DNA from: Macrostomum lignano
Lineage: Eukaryota
Direction of reading: 5' to 3'
Length of the DNA: 64,000 bases
NCBI GenBank assembly: GCA_002269645.1
Contig: NIVC01000288.1
Coordinates: 186,001-250,000 of the forward strand
Part shown: in pieces, positions 23,638 through 34,949 of the stretch
Numbering within the stretch: position 1 is the first letter of the stretch
Layout: every line of letters starts with the position of its first letter
The notes under the pieces: generated by a model
The model's input: only the letters and a program-made list of their open reading frames with translations
Databases searched by the model: none
Told to the model about the DNA's origin: nothing
Made by a program: the position numbers and the translations under genes

Positions 23638-24315
23638 AATGGCCAGTCGTCCACCTCAAGACTGGCGTTCTACAGCGGCCTCCTCTGTGATCGTGGCGGA
23701 CGCTGCCGTAACGCTGAAACTGGCCGACATTCCCAGAGCTAAGCGCCAATCGACCAGCTCTCACACTCCGGACACTTTAGCAAAACGGCTACAAAAACTT
23801 TTAGGCAGCGACGAATCCCCAGACAATGAAGTCGATGCTGTTATCGGCGCCTCAGACGATCAGAGCACCAGTTCGAGGGGACGGCAACAAGACGAATCGT
23901 CAGTCGGCAGCGAATCCGAGGAAGTGACGGCACTGTCAGAATTTGCCGGAGCTTGCGTCGATTCCAGACGAGATATCATGTTTGCATCGACAGGCGAGCC
24001 CTGCCTATACGCTCTGTGGCTGCTCAGCCCTGTTCAGCCGCAGGGGGTTGCCAACGCTGCCGCCGGCGCCACCGCTGCACCTTCCGTTGCGGCTTCTACC
24101 AACGCTGGAGTTGCAGAAGGCAACAACGAAGGCGCCGCTAATGTAGACCCCGACAAAGACTGGTGGTTGGAGGACGCTAAAATTGATTTAAGCGGCCCGC
24201 CGCCCTTAAAACCATTCGTGGCCGGCGCCATTGCCTGCGCTTCGACCAGCGCTAGGAAGCCCGGGTTCCTCTACGCTGTAGATCGAAACGACTGCAGACG
24301 AGTTCTTGTGATCAG
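23638..24315 (+). CDS. Nested gene A, exon 4
   Basis: Acceptor AACTTCACACAG| phase 2; FAGACVDSRRDIMFAST and GFLYAVDRNDCRRVLVIR blade-like motifs; donor CAG|GTAAGG. Confidence 0.72.
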
Positions 24316-24426
24316 GTAAGGAAAGTGCGGTCACAACAACCGCAACTAAGGTGATGTCAATCATTAGGGCCAACTACTCAAGCCATGCATATACATCTCA
24401 CCCCACCCCACCAACTCATGCCGCAG

Positions 24427-24553
24427 GTACACAGCCGAAGCATGCATTGGCGCTGTCGGCCCTGAGCAGGAACTGATGCCGCTCAGAGGCAGATCTAGCA
24501 ACGTTCAAAAGGAGAGCATTCTCAGTTCGGCTGTGTCGATTCTGCCGTTTTAA
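24427..24553 (+). CDS. Nested gene A, exon 5 (terminal, ..SSAVSILPF*)
   Basis: Acceptor GCCGCAG| at 24426, phase 2; open to TAA at 24551-24553. Confidence 0.6.
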
Positions 24554-24860
24554 ACACTGCTTGTTCACCTAAATAGGACTGCTGCTGACTCACTCGCCGT
24601 TCTTGTTTAACTGTCAGGACACTGTTGTTGTTTATCGTTCTCTCTAAATCCTTTGCTGCCTTGTAATCAATTCTATTTTACCTATCATCTTTCTCTCTCT
24701 TCCCCTCTTTCTCTCCCTCTCCTCGTCTGTCAATTAATCCACTCTTCATCAGCTCTCCCCCCTTTTACCCTTTATATTCTCCCTTCCCCTACCTAGTACC
24801 TTTAATCTCTCTCTTCTCCTACCCTTCATCTCTCTCTTCCCCTACCCTTCATATATATAT

Positions 24861-24993
<133 letters not shown>

Positions 24994-25232
24994 CCCCTAC
25001 CCTCTATCTCTCTTTCCCTTCTCTTACCTTTCACCCCTCTCTTCCCTTTCACCTACCCTTTAAAGCCTCCCTTCCTTCACTTACTCTTTATCTTCTCCTC
25101 ACTTTTCCAACCTCCACTCAAAGAAGCTGTTAACCCAAAATTCATAAAAGGCAATATAATTTAAATGATAAGCGAAAAAACACAAGAAAAAAATAAACAG
25201 AAGCAGTTACACACATGAATGATAACACTTAC

Positions 25233-25653
25233 CCAGCCGATACTTAGTAACATTTCCATTCGGTTCTAACGGCGCAGACCAGACCGCTTTAGCTTCAGTC
25301 GGTGTCAATTCAACAATTCTCAAGCCGTCAACCGGCCCAGGCGGCCCGTCGCTAGTAACGACTCGAACCTCGGTCGAGTTCGGACCCTCGCCGGCCGGAT
25401 TGAAAGCGGCGGCGGCCACGCCGTAGACAGAGTAGAGCTTCAGCCTGTCTATGGCCGAGGCCGACTTGGCACCGGCCACGGCTACGCTGCCAGAGTCTGC
25501 CGAAGCTGCCGAGGCTGCTGCTCGTCTGGTGCGCGATGACGAATCATCCAGTGGCACCTCGCCTGGCGAGCCAAGGCGTCTGTAGTACAGTCTGTAGCCT
25601 AATAGTACACCGTTCTGCTGCTCCTTTGGGGGCGCAGTCCAGTTGCAGTAGAT
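25233..25653 (-). CDS. sdk: Sidekick exon: FN11 and FN12 N-half
   Basis: IYCNWTAPPKEQQNGVLLGYRLYY..YGVAAAAFNPAGEGPNS..PGPVDGL..AVWSAPLEPNGNVTKYRL. Acceptor CATCGCAG| phase 0; donor G|GTAAGT phase 1. Confidence 0.92.
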
Positions 25654-25714
25654 CTGCGATGGTTGGGGCGCATTGCGAACGCATTTGTAGGCTGGGTTCA
25701 ATGCTCACTCTCTT

Positions 25715-26170
25715 AGGGTGGTTTAGGGGCGATTCTTAGGTTAGTTTAGGGGCGATTCTTAGGGTAATTTAGGAGCAATTCTTAGAATAGTTTAGGGGCG
25801 ATTTAAAGAATAGTAAAAGGGCGATTTTAAGGGTAGTTTAGGGACGATTTGAAGGTATTTTAAGAGTGATTCTTAGGGTAGTTAAAGAGCGATTTATTGG
25901 GTAGTTTAGAGGCGACTTAAAGGATAGTTTAGGGGCGATTATTAGAGCAGTTTACGGGGCGATTTTTGGGGTAGTTTCGGCAATACTTTAAGGTAATTTA
26001 GAAGCGATTCTTAGGGTAGACGAGGGACAATTTTAGGGTAGTTTAGGGGCGATTATTGGGGTATTTTAGGAGCGAATCCTAGGGTAGTTTAGGGCGATCT
26101 TTAGGTGAGTTGACGGCGATTCTTGGGATCCTTTAAATCGACTCTAAAGCATTTAGAAGCGACTTTCTAG
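25715..26170. repeat. Degenerate 23 bp minisatellite (ggggcgattcttagggtagttta), reverse complement of 29320-30085
   Basis: Recurrent tttaggggcgatt..agggtag units. Confidence 0.85.
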
Positions 26171-26269
26171 GCACTCTACTAAGGCCCGTTACTAAACCTG
26201 TAGCCCCTGTAGGGATATTTCTCACAAATAATCCTCAGAGCAGATTTGAAACAGAGACTTTATTCTCAC

Positions 26270-26905
26270 CTGAGCGCCACCCGAAGCGATGCAGCGCAGC
26301 TTACTAGGCGCTGCTGTTGGCACAGCCTCTCCAACGTAGACCAGTCTAAGCCGACTGGCTCTCGAAGCCGCACCGTAGGCGCTGATAGCCAGCAGTGAAA
26401 CTTCATAATAAACGCCTCGAGTTAAATTACCAACTAGAGCCACGTTTGAGCTGGGATCCGGCACTTCCGCTGTGACTGGCAGGCCGGAGTCCCCCGATCG
26501 AGGAGTGAACAGCACTCGAATCTGCCTAGCAACTCCGGCTGGACAGTTGAGACCGCAACGCCAGCTAGCTAGGGGCATTGGCGTCCATTCTACTCTAACA
26601 GTTGTTGGGTCCAACGGGGTCAGGCGGTCAATCTCTGGCGAAGAGACTGGGCCGCTAGGTTTGGTCCAGCTGGCATTGGTTGGCTTGGACCAATCGCTTG
26701 GTCCGATGTCGTTAGTGGCTCGAACTTGAAATGAATAACTGTAGGAAGGCAGCAAGCCTGCGACAGTGGCCGATGTGCCCGATGCAGCCGGTCTGTCTAT
26801 TGTCCAATTGTTAGCTGAGCTGATCACTAGCAGTGTGTAGTTCCGTATGGGACTGTAGCCTGTGCCCTTCGGTGTCCAGCTAATGTCAATGGATGTGGCT
26901 GTCAC
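26270..26905 (-). CDS. sdk: Sidekick exon: FN9-FN10 and start of FN11
   Basis: GYSPIRNYTL..GLLPSYSYSFQVRATNDIGPSDWS..NLTRGVYYEVSLLAISAYG..VYVGEAVPTAAP. Both ends phase 0 (CAACAG| and CAG|GTGAGA); 636 nt. Confidence 0.93.
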
Positions 26906-26974
26906 CTGTTGGGTGGTATGTGTTGAAATATTAATATTTGCTCCTTGTTGTTAACCGCTTCTTTAAGGGTAAGT

Positions 26975-27925
26975 CATATTGTCACTCCTTGAAGCGACAC
27001 TGTCACTCCTTAAAGCGACACTGTCACTCTTTGAAGCAACACTGTCACTCTTTGAAGCGACACTGTTACTCTTTGAAGCAACACTGTCACACTTTGAAGC
27101 GACACTGTTACTCTTTGAAGCAACACTGTCAACTTTGAAGCGACACTGTCACTCATTGAAGCGACACTGTCACTCATTCAAAAGACACTGTCACTCTTTG
27201 AAACGACACTGTCACTCTTTGAAGCGACACTGTCACTGATCATTGAAGCGACACTGTCACTCCTTCAAAAGACACTCACTAATTGAAGCGACACTGTCAC
27301 TAATCATTGAAGCGACACTGTCACTGATCATTGAAGCGACACTGTCACTCCTTCAAAAGACACTCACTAATTGAAGCGACACTGTCACTAATCATTGAAG
27401 CGACACTGTCACTCCTTCCTTCAAAAGACACTCACTAATTGAAGCGACACTGTCACTGATCATTGAAGCGACACTGTCACTCATTCAAAAGACACTCACT
27501 AATTGAAGCGACACTGTCACTGATCATTGAAGCGACACTGTCACTCATTGAAGCGACACTGTCACTCATTGAAGCGACACTGTCACTCTTTGAAGCGACA
27601 CTGTCACTCTTTGAAGCGACACTGTCACTCATTGAAGCGACACTGTCACTCATTCAAAAGACACTGTCACTCATTGAAGCGACACTGTCACTCATTCAAA
27701 AGACACTGTCACTCTTTGAAGCGACACTGTCACTCTTTGAAGCAACACTGTCACTCTTTGAAGCGACACTGTCACTGATCATTGAAGCGACACTGTCACT
27801 CCTTCAAAAGACACTGTCACTTATTGAAGCGACACCATACTGTCACTCATTCAAAAGACACTGTCACTCATTGAAGCGACATTGTCACCTTCTCTTTAAA
27901 GCAACTCTGTCACTCCCTCTTTGAA
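26975..27925. repeat. Minisatellite, 21 bp unit (gaagcgacactgtcactcttt) with higher-order variants
   Basis: 7-aa periodic ORFs (KRHCHSL / EATLSLF). Confidence 0.95.
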
Positions 27926-28048
27926 TAAAATACGGTCACTCCCAAAGCTACATGTTTACGACAGCTTATCTGCAAGGTCAGTTCTTCAAGGGACAAAAGT
28001 ACTACCAAAACGACAACCAGATATAAAAGTTAATGAAAAAACGCTTAC

Positions 28049-29218
28049 CGCACTACTAATAATGAGCGGAACGGACGGAGCCTCCGGCCTGGTCCTGGCT
28101 GCATAGACCTGCACGCTAGCGTTAGCATAGTGACCGACACCCTTGGCATTGACTGCGGCCAACTGCAGCAGGTACTGCGCCTCAGATACTAATCCAGTTA
28201 GTAAGCGATTCAGCTGGCTACCCGGTACGGACACTTCAACGAAAGTGGCTCCGCCGCTACCGCCAGCAGACGGCTCTACGCCGTATTTCAATCTCCAACT
28301 ACTAATAGTAGACGAGCCGGGGTATCTGGGCGGCAGCCATGCGACTAAGACGCTATCGGAGGTCACCTGAGGACAATAAACTAACCGCGGCGGGTCGGCT
28401 GGAGCGGATTCTTCGGTAACAACAAGCAGAGGCGAGCTGGTTGACGGACCTTCACCCTGGCGTGTACTGGCCGACACAGTGAATGCATACTGCGTGAACG
28501 GCATGAGGTTCACTACGTTCACCGAAAATGAATTACCAACAGCAGACGATGGAGACACGCGCATCGAGCCGGTAGCAATATAAGTATCGCTTGTACTTTG
28601 ATTCCATCGAATAGTGTAGAACAATATGACACCGCTGGCTTGTTCAACCGTCAACGCATCGAATACAAGGCCGACAGTGCTGGAGCTCTTGCTTCTCAAA
28701 GCCAGATTGCTTGGTGCAGCTGAAGGCGCGGCGTCCCAAGTGGTGGCGAAGACGCTGGATGTGACAGCCGACCCAGCGGGGTTCCTAGCGGTCATCTGGA
28801 CCTCGTATTTAGTATTGGCCAGTAGCCCGTCTAACAAGCGATAGCTGGATCCAGGATCTGTCACTGCAACCTCGGTGAAGTCAGTTGTTGAATTCTGCTG
28901 ACGTCTGTAGCGAATTGAGTAGCCCTGCGCGTTGCCGTTCCACTGACCGGCTTCCAGCGGCATCCAACGCACGCTGAGCGACCGCGAGTCCACAACTCGA
29001 ACGGTGAGGTTGGCTGGCGCCGACGCGGGAGCGGCCTGTTTGGTTTCAAACCAGTTGCTAGGCAGAGAGACATTCGATAGGCCGCGAATGTTTTGAGCTG
29101 TTAGTCGGATCCGGTATCGAGTGAAGGGCTGCAGACCCGTGATTGTCAGTTGGTTGGTAGTGAAAACTGAGCCGGGTATGCTGGCTAGGCGTTGCCATGG
29201 TGACGCTTCGCTTTGCAC
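28049..29218 (-). CDS. sdk: Sidekick exon: FN5 C-half, FN6-FN8 and start of FN9
   Basis: GLQPFTRYRIRLTAQNIRGLSNVSLPSNWFETKQAAPASAP..LMPFTQYAFTVSASTRQGEGP. Phase 0 at both ends (CCCGTCAG| and GCG|GTAAGC); 1170 nt. Confidence 0.94.
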
Positions 29219-29319
29219 CTGACGGGTGAGTGACGAAGTTTTGATAGACCGACTATCTTAACTTTAGTAGTTTGCTAATGCGCTAGTGCTAATTAAGAGG
29301 TAATTATGAGATAATTAGA

Positions 29320-30085
29320 ATCGCCCCTAAACTAGCACTAGAATCGCTTTTAAACTACCCCAAAAATCGTTCCTTAACTAATATAAGAATAGCCCCTCAA
29401 CTAACATAAAAATCCCCATAAAATACTCCAGGAGTCGCTCCTAAGCTACCAAAAAATCGCCCCTAAACTAGCACTACAATCGTCCCTAAACTACCTCAAG
29501 AATCGCCCCTAAACTACCTCAAGAATCGCCCCTAAACTACCCCAACAATCGCCTCTAAACTACCCTAAAAATCGCCACTAAACTACCCTAAGAATCGCCC
29601 CTAAACTACCCCAGAATCGCCCCTAAACTACCCCAGAATCGCCCCTAAACTACCCTAAGAATCGCCCCTAAACTACCCTAAGAATCGCATCTAAACTACC
29701 CAAAGAATCGCCCCTAAACTACCCTAAGAATCGTCCCTAAACTAACTTAAGAATCGCCCCTAAACTAGACGAAGAATCGACAATAAACTACCTCAAGAAT
29801 CGCCCCTAAACTACCCCAAGAATCGCCCCTAAACTACCCCAAGAATCGCCCCTAAACTACCCCAAGAATCGCCCCTAAACTACCCCAAGAATCGCCCCTA
29901 AACTACCCCAAGAATCGCCCCTAAACTACCCCAAGAATCGCCCCTAAACTACCCCAAGAATCGCCCCTAAACTACCCCAAGAATCGCCCCTAAACTACCC
30001 CAAGAATCGCCCCTAAACTACCCCAAGAATCGCCCCTAAACTACCCCAAGAATCGCCCCTAAACTACCCCAAGAATCGCCCCTAA
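29320..30085. repeat. Minisatellite, 23 bp unit (aatcgcccctaaactaccccaag)
   Basis: Degenerate at left, near-perfect at 29810-30085. Confidence 0.95.
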
Positions 30086-30142
30086 ACGAACCTAAGAGAC
30101 AAATCGATACACAAAAAGAAAATCCAAAAATCTCAAATCTAC

Positions 30143-30532
30143 CTGAGCATCAACAAGCCAAGCAGAAATTGACGCCTTGCCATCGTAGCCCGGAATGAAC
30201 TGAACCAGCGCAGTGGTGGCTTCAATACTGGACACTGTCAGCATGGTGGGCGGCTGCGGCAGTTCAGGCGGCACCCCGGTCACCAGGGTCTCAATCCTGG
30301 CCGGGCCCCAGCCGATCGCGGTTGACGCAGAGACGCCAATTTCGTAGCGAGTTTGATGAACCAAATCTGCGATTAGATGGCCAGTGGCATTGGCTCCTAG
30401 AGGCACGGTGGTATTGCTGACAGCTGCGGCAGATGAGCTTCCGCCAGTAGCATTCAGCACCGGCTTGTACCACACTAAATAACCCGTGATGATTCCGTTC
30501 TTGTCCGCTGGAGGGCGCCACGACAGACGAAC
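30143..30532 (-). CDS. sdk: Sidekick exon: FN4 C-part and FN5 N-half
   Basis: VRLSWRPPADKNGIITGYLVWY..TLVTGVPPELPQPP..FIPGYDGKASISAWLVDAQ. Acceptor AACTTCAG|; donor CAG|GTAGAT. Confidence 0.92.
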
Positions 30533-30549
30533 CTGAAGTTTTTTGTAGT

Positions 30550-31059
<510 letters not shown>

Positions 31060-31135
31060 CGCAGGTGAGTAGTGAGCAGGTGAGTAGTGAGCAGGTGAGT
31101 GGTGAGCAGGTGAGTAACTGAATAGTATTACTCAC

Positions 31136-31609
31136 CTGAGTATCCACAATATCGCTCAGAGCGAAGTCCACCACGGGACCAGGCACATCCTGCAGAGTAG
31201 AGACAGTCACAGGAACAGACAATGGCCCCCTGCCAGCGCTGGTGAAACAGGCTACTGTCAAACTATACTCAGTGTACTTTGACAGACCGCCAACGGTCAA
31301 GTCAGTTAGTCGAGCCGTTGGTCCTTTGCTCGAATCGTAGGGAATAACAGTTTCTTTTGAGCTAGGACTAGGACACGTGCCAATGCAGGTAGCAGCAATG
31401 ATGTAGCCCAAGTTAATACCGTTAATCTGGTTGGCGCTGGGCTGATTGAATGCCACCTGAAGCTGGGTGCTTGAGATCGCTGCCGCGGACACGCTGCTGG
31501 GCCTGTCCGTGGGCACGCCCTCCGCTGTGGTCTCGCGTTTCGCATTGGAGAACACGCCAACCCCCATGGCATTGTAGGCTGCGATGCGGACCTCGTATTC
31601 GGTGAATAC
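31136..31609 (-). CDS. sdk: Sidekick exon: FN2 end, FN3 and FN4 start
   Basis: VFTEYEVRIAAYNAMGVGVFS..TAEGVPT..NQINGINLGY..LSKYTEYSLTVACFTSAGRGPLS..TLQDVPG. Acceptor TATTTGCAG|; donor CAG|GTGAGT. Confidence 0.94.
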
Positions 31610-31734
31610 CTGCAAATAGGGTTTGTTGGAATTTCAACTTTATTCTTATTTTGTTTATTCAACTACGGATTGAGATTGAGATGAGTGCGATGTGATACAC
31701 TGTGATAGAGATGGACAATAAATTTATCAACGAG

Positions 31735-32576
31735 TCCATGAGTTCATGAGTGATCTGATGAGTGACTTCATAGGTGAGTTCATGAGTGAGTTCATGAGTG
31801 AGTTCATGAGTGAGGTCATGAGTAAACTTGTGAGTGAGTTCATGAGTGATTTCATGAGTGAGTTTATGAGTGAGTTCATGAGCGAGTTCATGAGTGAGTT
31901 TATGAGTGAGGTCATGAGTGAGTTCATGAGTGAGTTTATAAGTGAGTTTATGAGTTCCTGGTTTATGAGTGAGTTCATGAGTGAGTCATGAGGGAGGTCA
32001 TGAGTGACTTCATGAGTGAGTTCATGAGTGAGTTCATGAGTGAGTCATGAGTGAGTTCATGAGTGAGTTCATGAGTGAGTTCATGAGTGAGTTCATGAGT
32101 GAGTCATGAGTGAGTCATGAGGGAGGTCATGAGTGAGTTCATGAGTGAGTCATGAGGGAGGTCATGAGTGAGTTCATGAGTGAGTTCATGAGTGAGTTCA
32201 TGAGTGAGTCATGAGTGAGTTCATGAGTGAGTTCATGAGTGAGGTCATGAGTGAATTCATGAGTGAGTTCATGAGTGAGTTCATGAGCGAGTTTATAAGT
32301 GAGTTTATGAGTTCCTGGTTTATGAGTGAGTCATGAGTGAGTCATGAGTGAATTCATGAGTGAGTTCATGAGTGAGTTCATGAGCGAGTTTATAAGTGAG
32401 TTTATGAGTTCCTGGTTTATGAGTGAGGTCATGAGTGAGTCATGAGTGAGTTCATGAGTGAGTTCATGAGTGAGTTCATGAGTGAGTCATGAGGGAGGTC
32501 ATGAGTGAGTTCATGAGTGAGTTCATGAGTGAGTTCATGAGTGAGTTCATGAGTGAGTTCATGAGTGAGTTCATGA
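31735..32576. repeat. Minisatellite, 12 bp unit (atgagtgagttc)
   Basis: MSEF / LMNS periodic ORFs. Confidence 0.95.
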
Positions 32577-32599
32577 GCAATTTTAATTGCAAAACCAAC

Positions 32600-32805
32600 C
32601 TGCAGCGAGGTGAGCACAGCTTGAGTAGCTGTAGCATCAGTTACACTGACATTCTTCAATACCGGATAGCCGACGATATTGTACTGAATAACATAGCCAA
32701 ATAGTTTGCCATTTTGGAATTGCAGCTCTGGCGCACGCCAGGACACTGCCAGACTGGTGTTTGACCTCTGACTGACAAACAGACTCTGCGGCGGTCCGGA
32801 CGGAG
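32600..32805 (-). CDS. sdk: Sidekick exon: FN2 N-part
   Basis: PPSGPPQSLFVSQRSNTSLAVSWRAPELQFQNGKLFGYVIQYNIVGY. Acceptor ATTTCCAG| phase 1; donor CAG|GTTGGT phase 0. Confidence 0.9.
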
Positions 32806-33077
32806 CTGGAAATCGGGGATAGGAAATGATATCTCTAGGCTTATTTAATTTATTGTTGTTAAACTATGGTGAGGTTAGGGCTCTGCTGCAGTGTATAGGG
32901 TGGGGACTAATGGTTGGATACCTTCTAGGGCAGGGGGTTGGCAAACTCCTGCCTGCTAGGCCTCTCTATCCTTTGAAAATTTCAGTGGCTCTTCACTGTG
33001 TTTTACATTCACAATAGCAATCCGTTCAAGGTTTGCGTCTCTTCTCAGATATTTTCTCTTGTATCTCCTTCCTCTTT

Positions 33078-33462
33078 TATCTTCTCTTCTCTTCTCTTCT
33101 CTTCTCTTCTCTTCTCTTCTCTTTTCTTCTCTTTTCTTCCCTTCCCTTCTCTTCTCTTCTCTTCTCTTTTCTCTTATTTTCCTCTCTTCTCTTCTCTTCT
33201 CTTCTCTTCTCTTCTCTTCTCTTCTCTTCTCTTCTCTTTTCTCTTATTTTCCTCTCTTCTCTTCTCTTCTCTTCTCTTTTCTTCTCTTCTCTTTTCTCTT
33301 CTTTTCCTCTCCTCTCTTCTTTCTCTTCTCTTCTCTTCTCTTCTCTTCTCTTCTCTTCTCTTCTCTTTTCTCTTCTTTTCCTCTCTTGTCTTCTCTTCTC
33401 TTCTCTCTTCCCTTCTTTTTCTTTTTTTCGCTTTTTCTCTCTTCTCTTCTCTTCTCTATTCT
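33078..33462. repeat. (CTTCT)n pyrimidine-rich microsatellite
   Basis: Seen directly; explains the LLFSS ORFs. Confidence 0.95.
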
Positions 33463-33865
33463 CTCAAAAGCACTACTACTACTACTATTTTATATTAAGT
33501 AGTAAAACAAGCAATAACCGTAAAAAAATGACTGTTTTTGTAAAGAAAACTAGAGTATACTGATACAGTATACAGTGCTGTACACTTAGCTCAAAGCATC
33601 TCGCTCTTTCAAATGTACACTCACCAATCTCTCCCCACACTGTCCATGTCTCTCTCCCCTTCGACCAAAAAGTTTCTCTGCCCCAGTAAAGCTTCTCGCG
33701 GTTGTCATGGCAACTGCACACAGCTGTCTGCCTCTCACTATGTGTCTCTGCCTCTGCATGCCTTAAATCTTCATAACTGAGACACGATAAAGCATAGGGT
33801 AAATTTTCTGCCTATCCAAGATTCCATTTTTTCAAACAAACAAACAGGCGAGTCGAGCAGGACAA

Positions 33866-34495
33866 ATGGCCGACTGTAACAGGTACTTTCACCATCATCA
33901 TTATCAGAAACAGCCGCCGTTTGCTTTCACTGGCCCGGCGGATAAGTACACCGCACTGGACGGTTGCAATCCGCGCGATCGCCTGGCAACTACGGCGGCC
34001 AGTCTGGTGAAGCCGCCGCAGAATCAGTTGCCATGCAACCAGCGCAGTCCCACCGTCGGCGGGCCGAACCCGGGCCACACGGTGCTGCACCGGGAGTTGC
34101 ACCAAACCGAGGGCTCGCCAACAGACAGACTGCCTAACGAGGCTCACTGGGACAGATTCGATCCGCGGCTGCACCATCCCAGACCGCGGGTGGCGGATAT
34201 TCAGGCCATGTCGCGAGAGGATTTCGCACGCTATCGGGACCAGAAAGACCGCAACCCGGATCTGGTGCCCCGGGCGCCAAACATTCTGCAGTCGAACCAT
34301 TGCGAGACATGCGCTTTCCCCTGGGCCAACGTGTACGGCTGCAGCAAGGACCAGTGGTACTACACGCAGCATCCGGAGTACAGGGACATCAACAAGTTCC
34401 CAAGGCCCAACACTGTGGGCTGGTTTGGCTACAGCCATGAGCAGTTAGATCGGCACAATACCGGCTACTTTTGGGGCAGCAATAAGCATGCTTGA
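33866..34495 (+). CDS. Nested antisense gene B: intronless 209-aa uncharacterised protein
   Basis: Non-repetitive, GC-rich ORF inside AT/repeat-rich intron. Candidate acceptor AAACAG| at 33847 before the ATG; AATAAA at 34584-34589 after the stop. Confidence 0.7.
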   Translation: MADCNRYFHHHHYQKQPPFAFTGPADKYTALDGCNPRDRLATTAASLVKPPQNQLPCNQRSPTVGGPNPGHTVLHRELHQTEGSPTDRLPNEAHWDRFDPRLHHPRPRVADIQAMSREDFARYRDQKDRNPDLVPRAPNILQSNHCETCAFPWANVYGCSKDQWYYTQHPEYRDINKFPRPNTVGWFGYSHEQLDRHNTGYFWGSNKHA

Positions 34496-34949
34496 TTGGT
34501 CTATTTTGCTGCCTTATGCTACACAGGCCTCTGCAAGAACTTCGACTATATAGATAAGCTATAATAGAAGTGTGGTTTTTTTAAATAAAAACTCTTACTA
34601 CATTAAGGGATTATAGTTAAACTATATAGTACTACTTAACAGTAGCAGCAGTAGTGTGTAACCCTACTGAGTCTGACTATTGCCTCGCGAAATCCTCAGC
34701 ATCGTTAGAGTAAATATTTTTATGCAAATTTCGATATTTTATTCAAGGTAATCACAATATAATAAATACAAAAAACTATTTTCAGATTTTGTGTGTATTT
34801 TACTTCACTAATATACATACAGGATAACTACAATTGGGGAAACATTTCTAGAAAGAAATGTTTCATTATCTCATTATCTCATGAAAGAAATGAGATAGAC
34901 AAATGATTGGGACCAGGGGAGTTTATGATTAGAGAAATAGGAAAGTCAT

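Noticed and set aside
33812-34438. 208-aa minus-strand ORF as an extra sdk exon
   Set aside because: Shadow ORF of nested gene B; no Ig/FN motifs, and the sdk chain is phase-complete without it.
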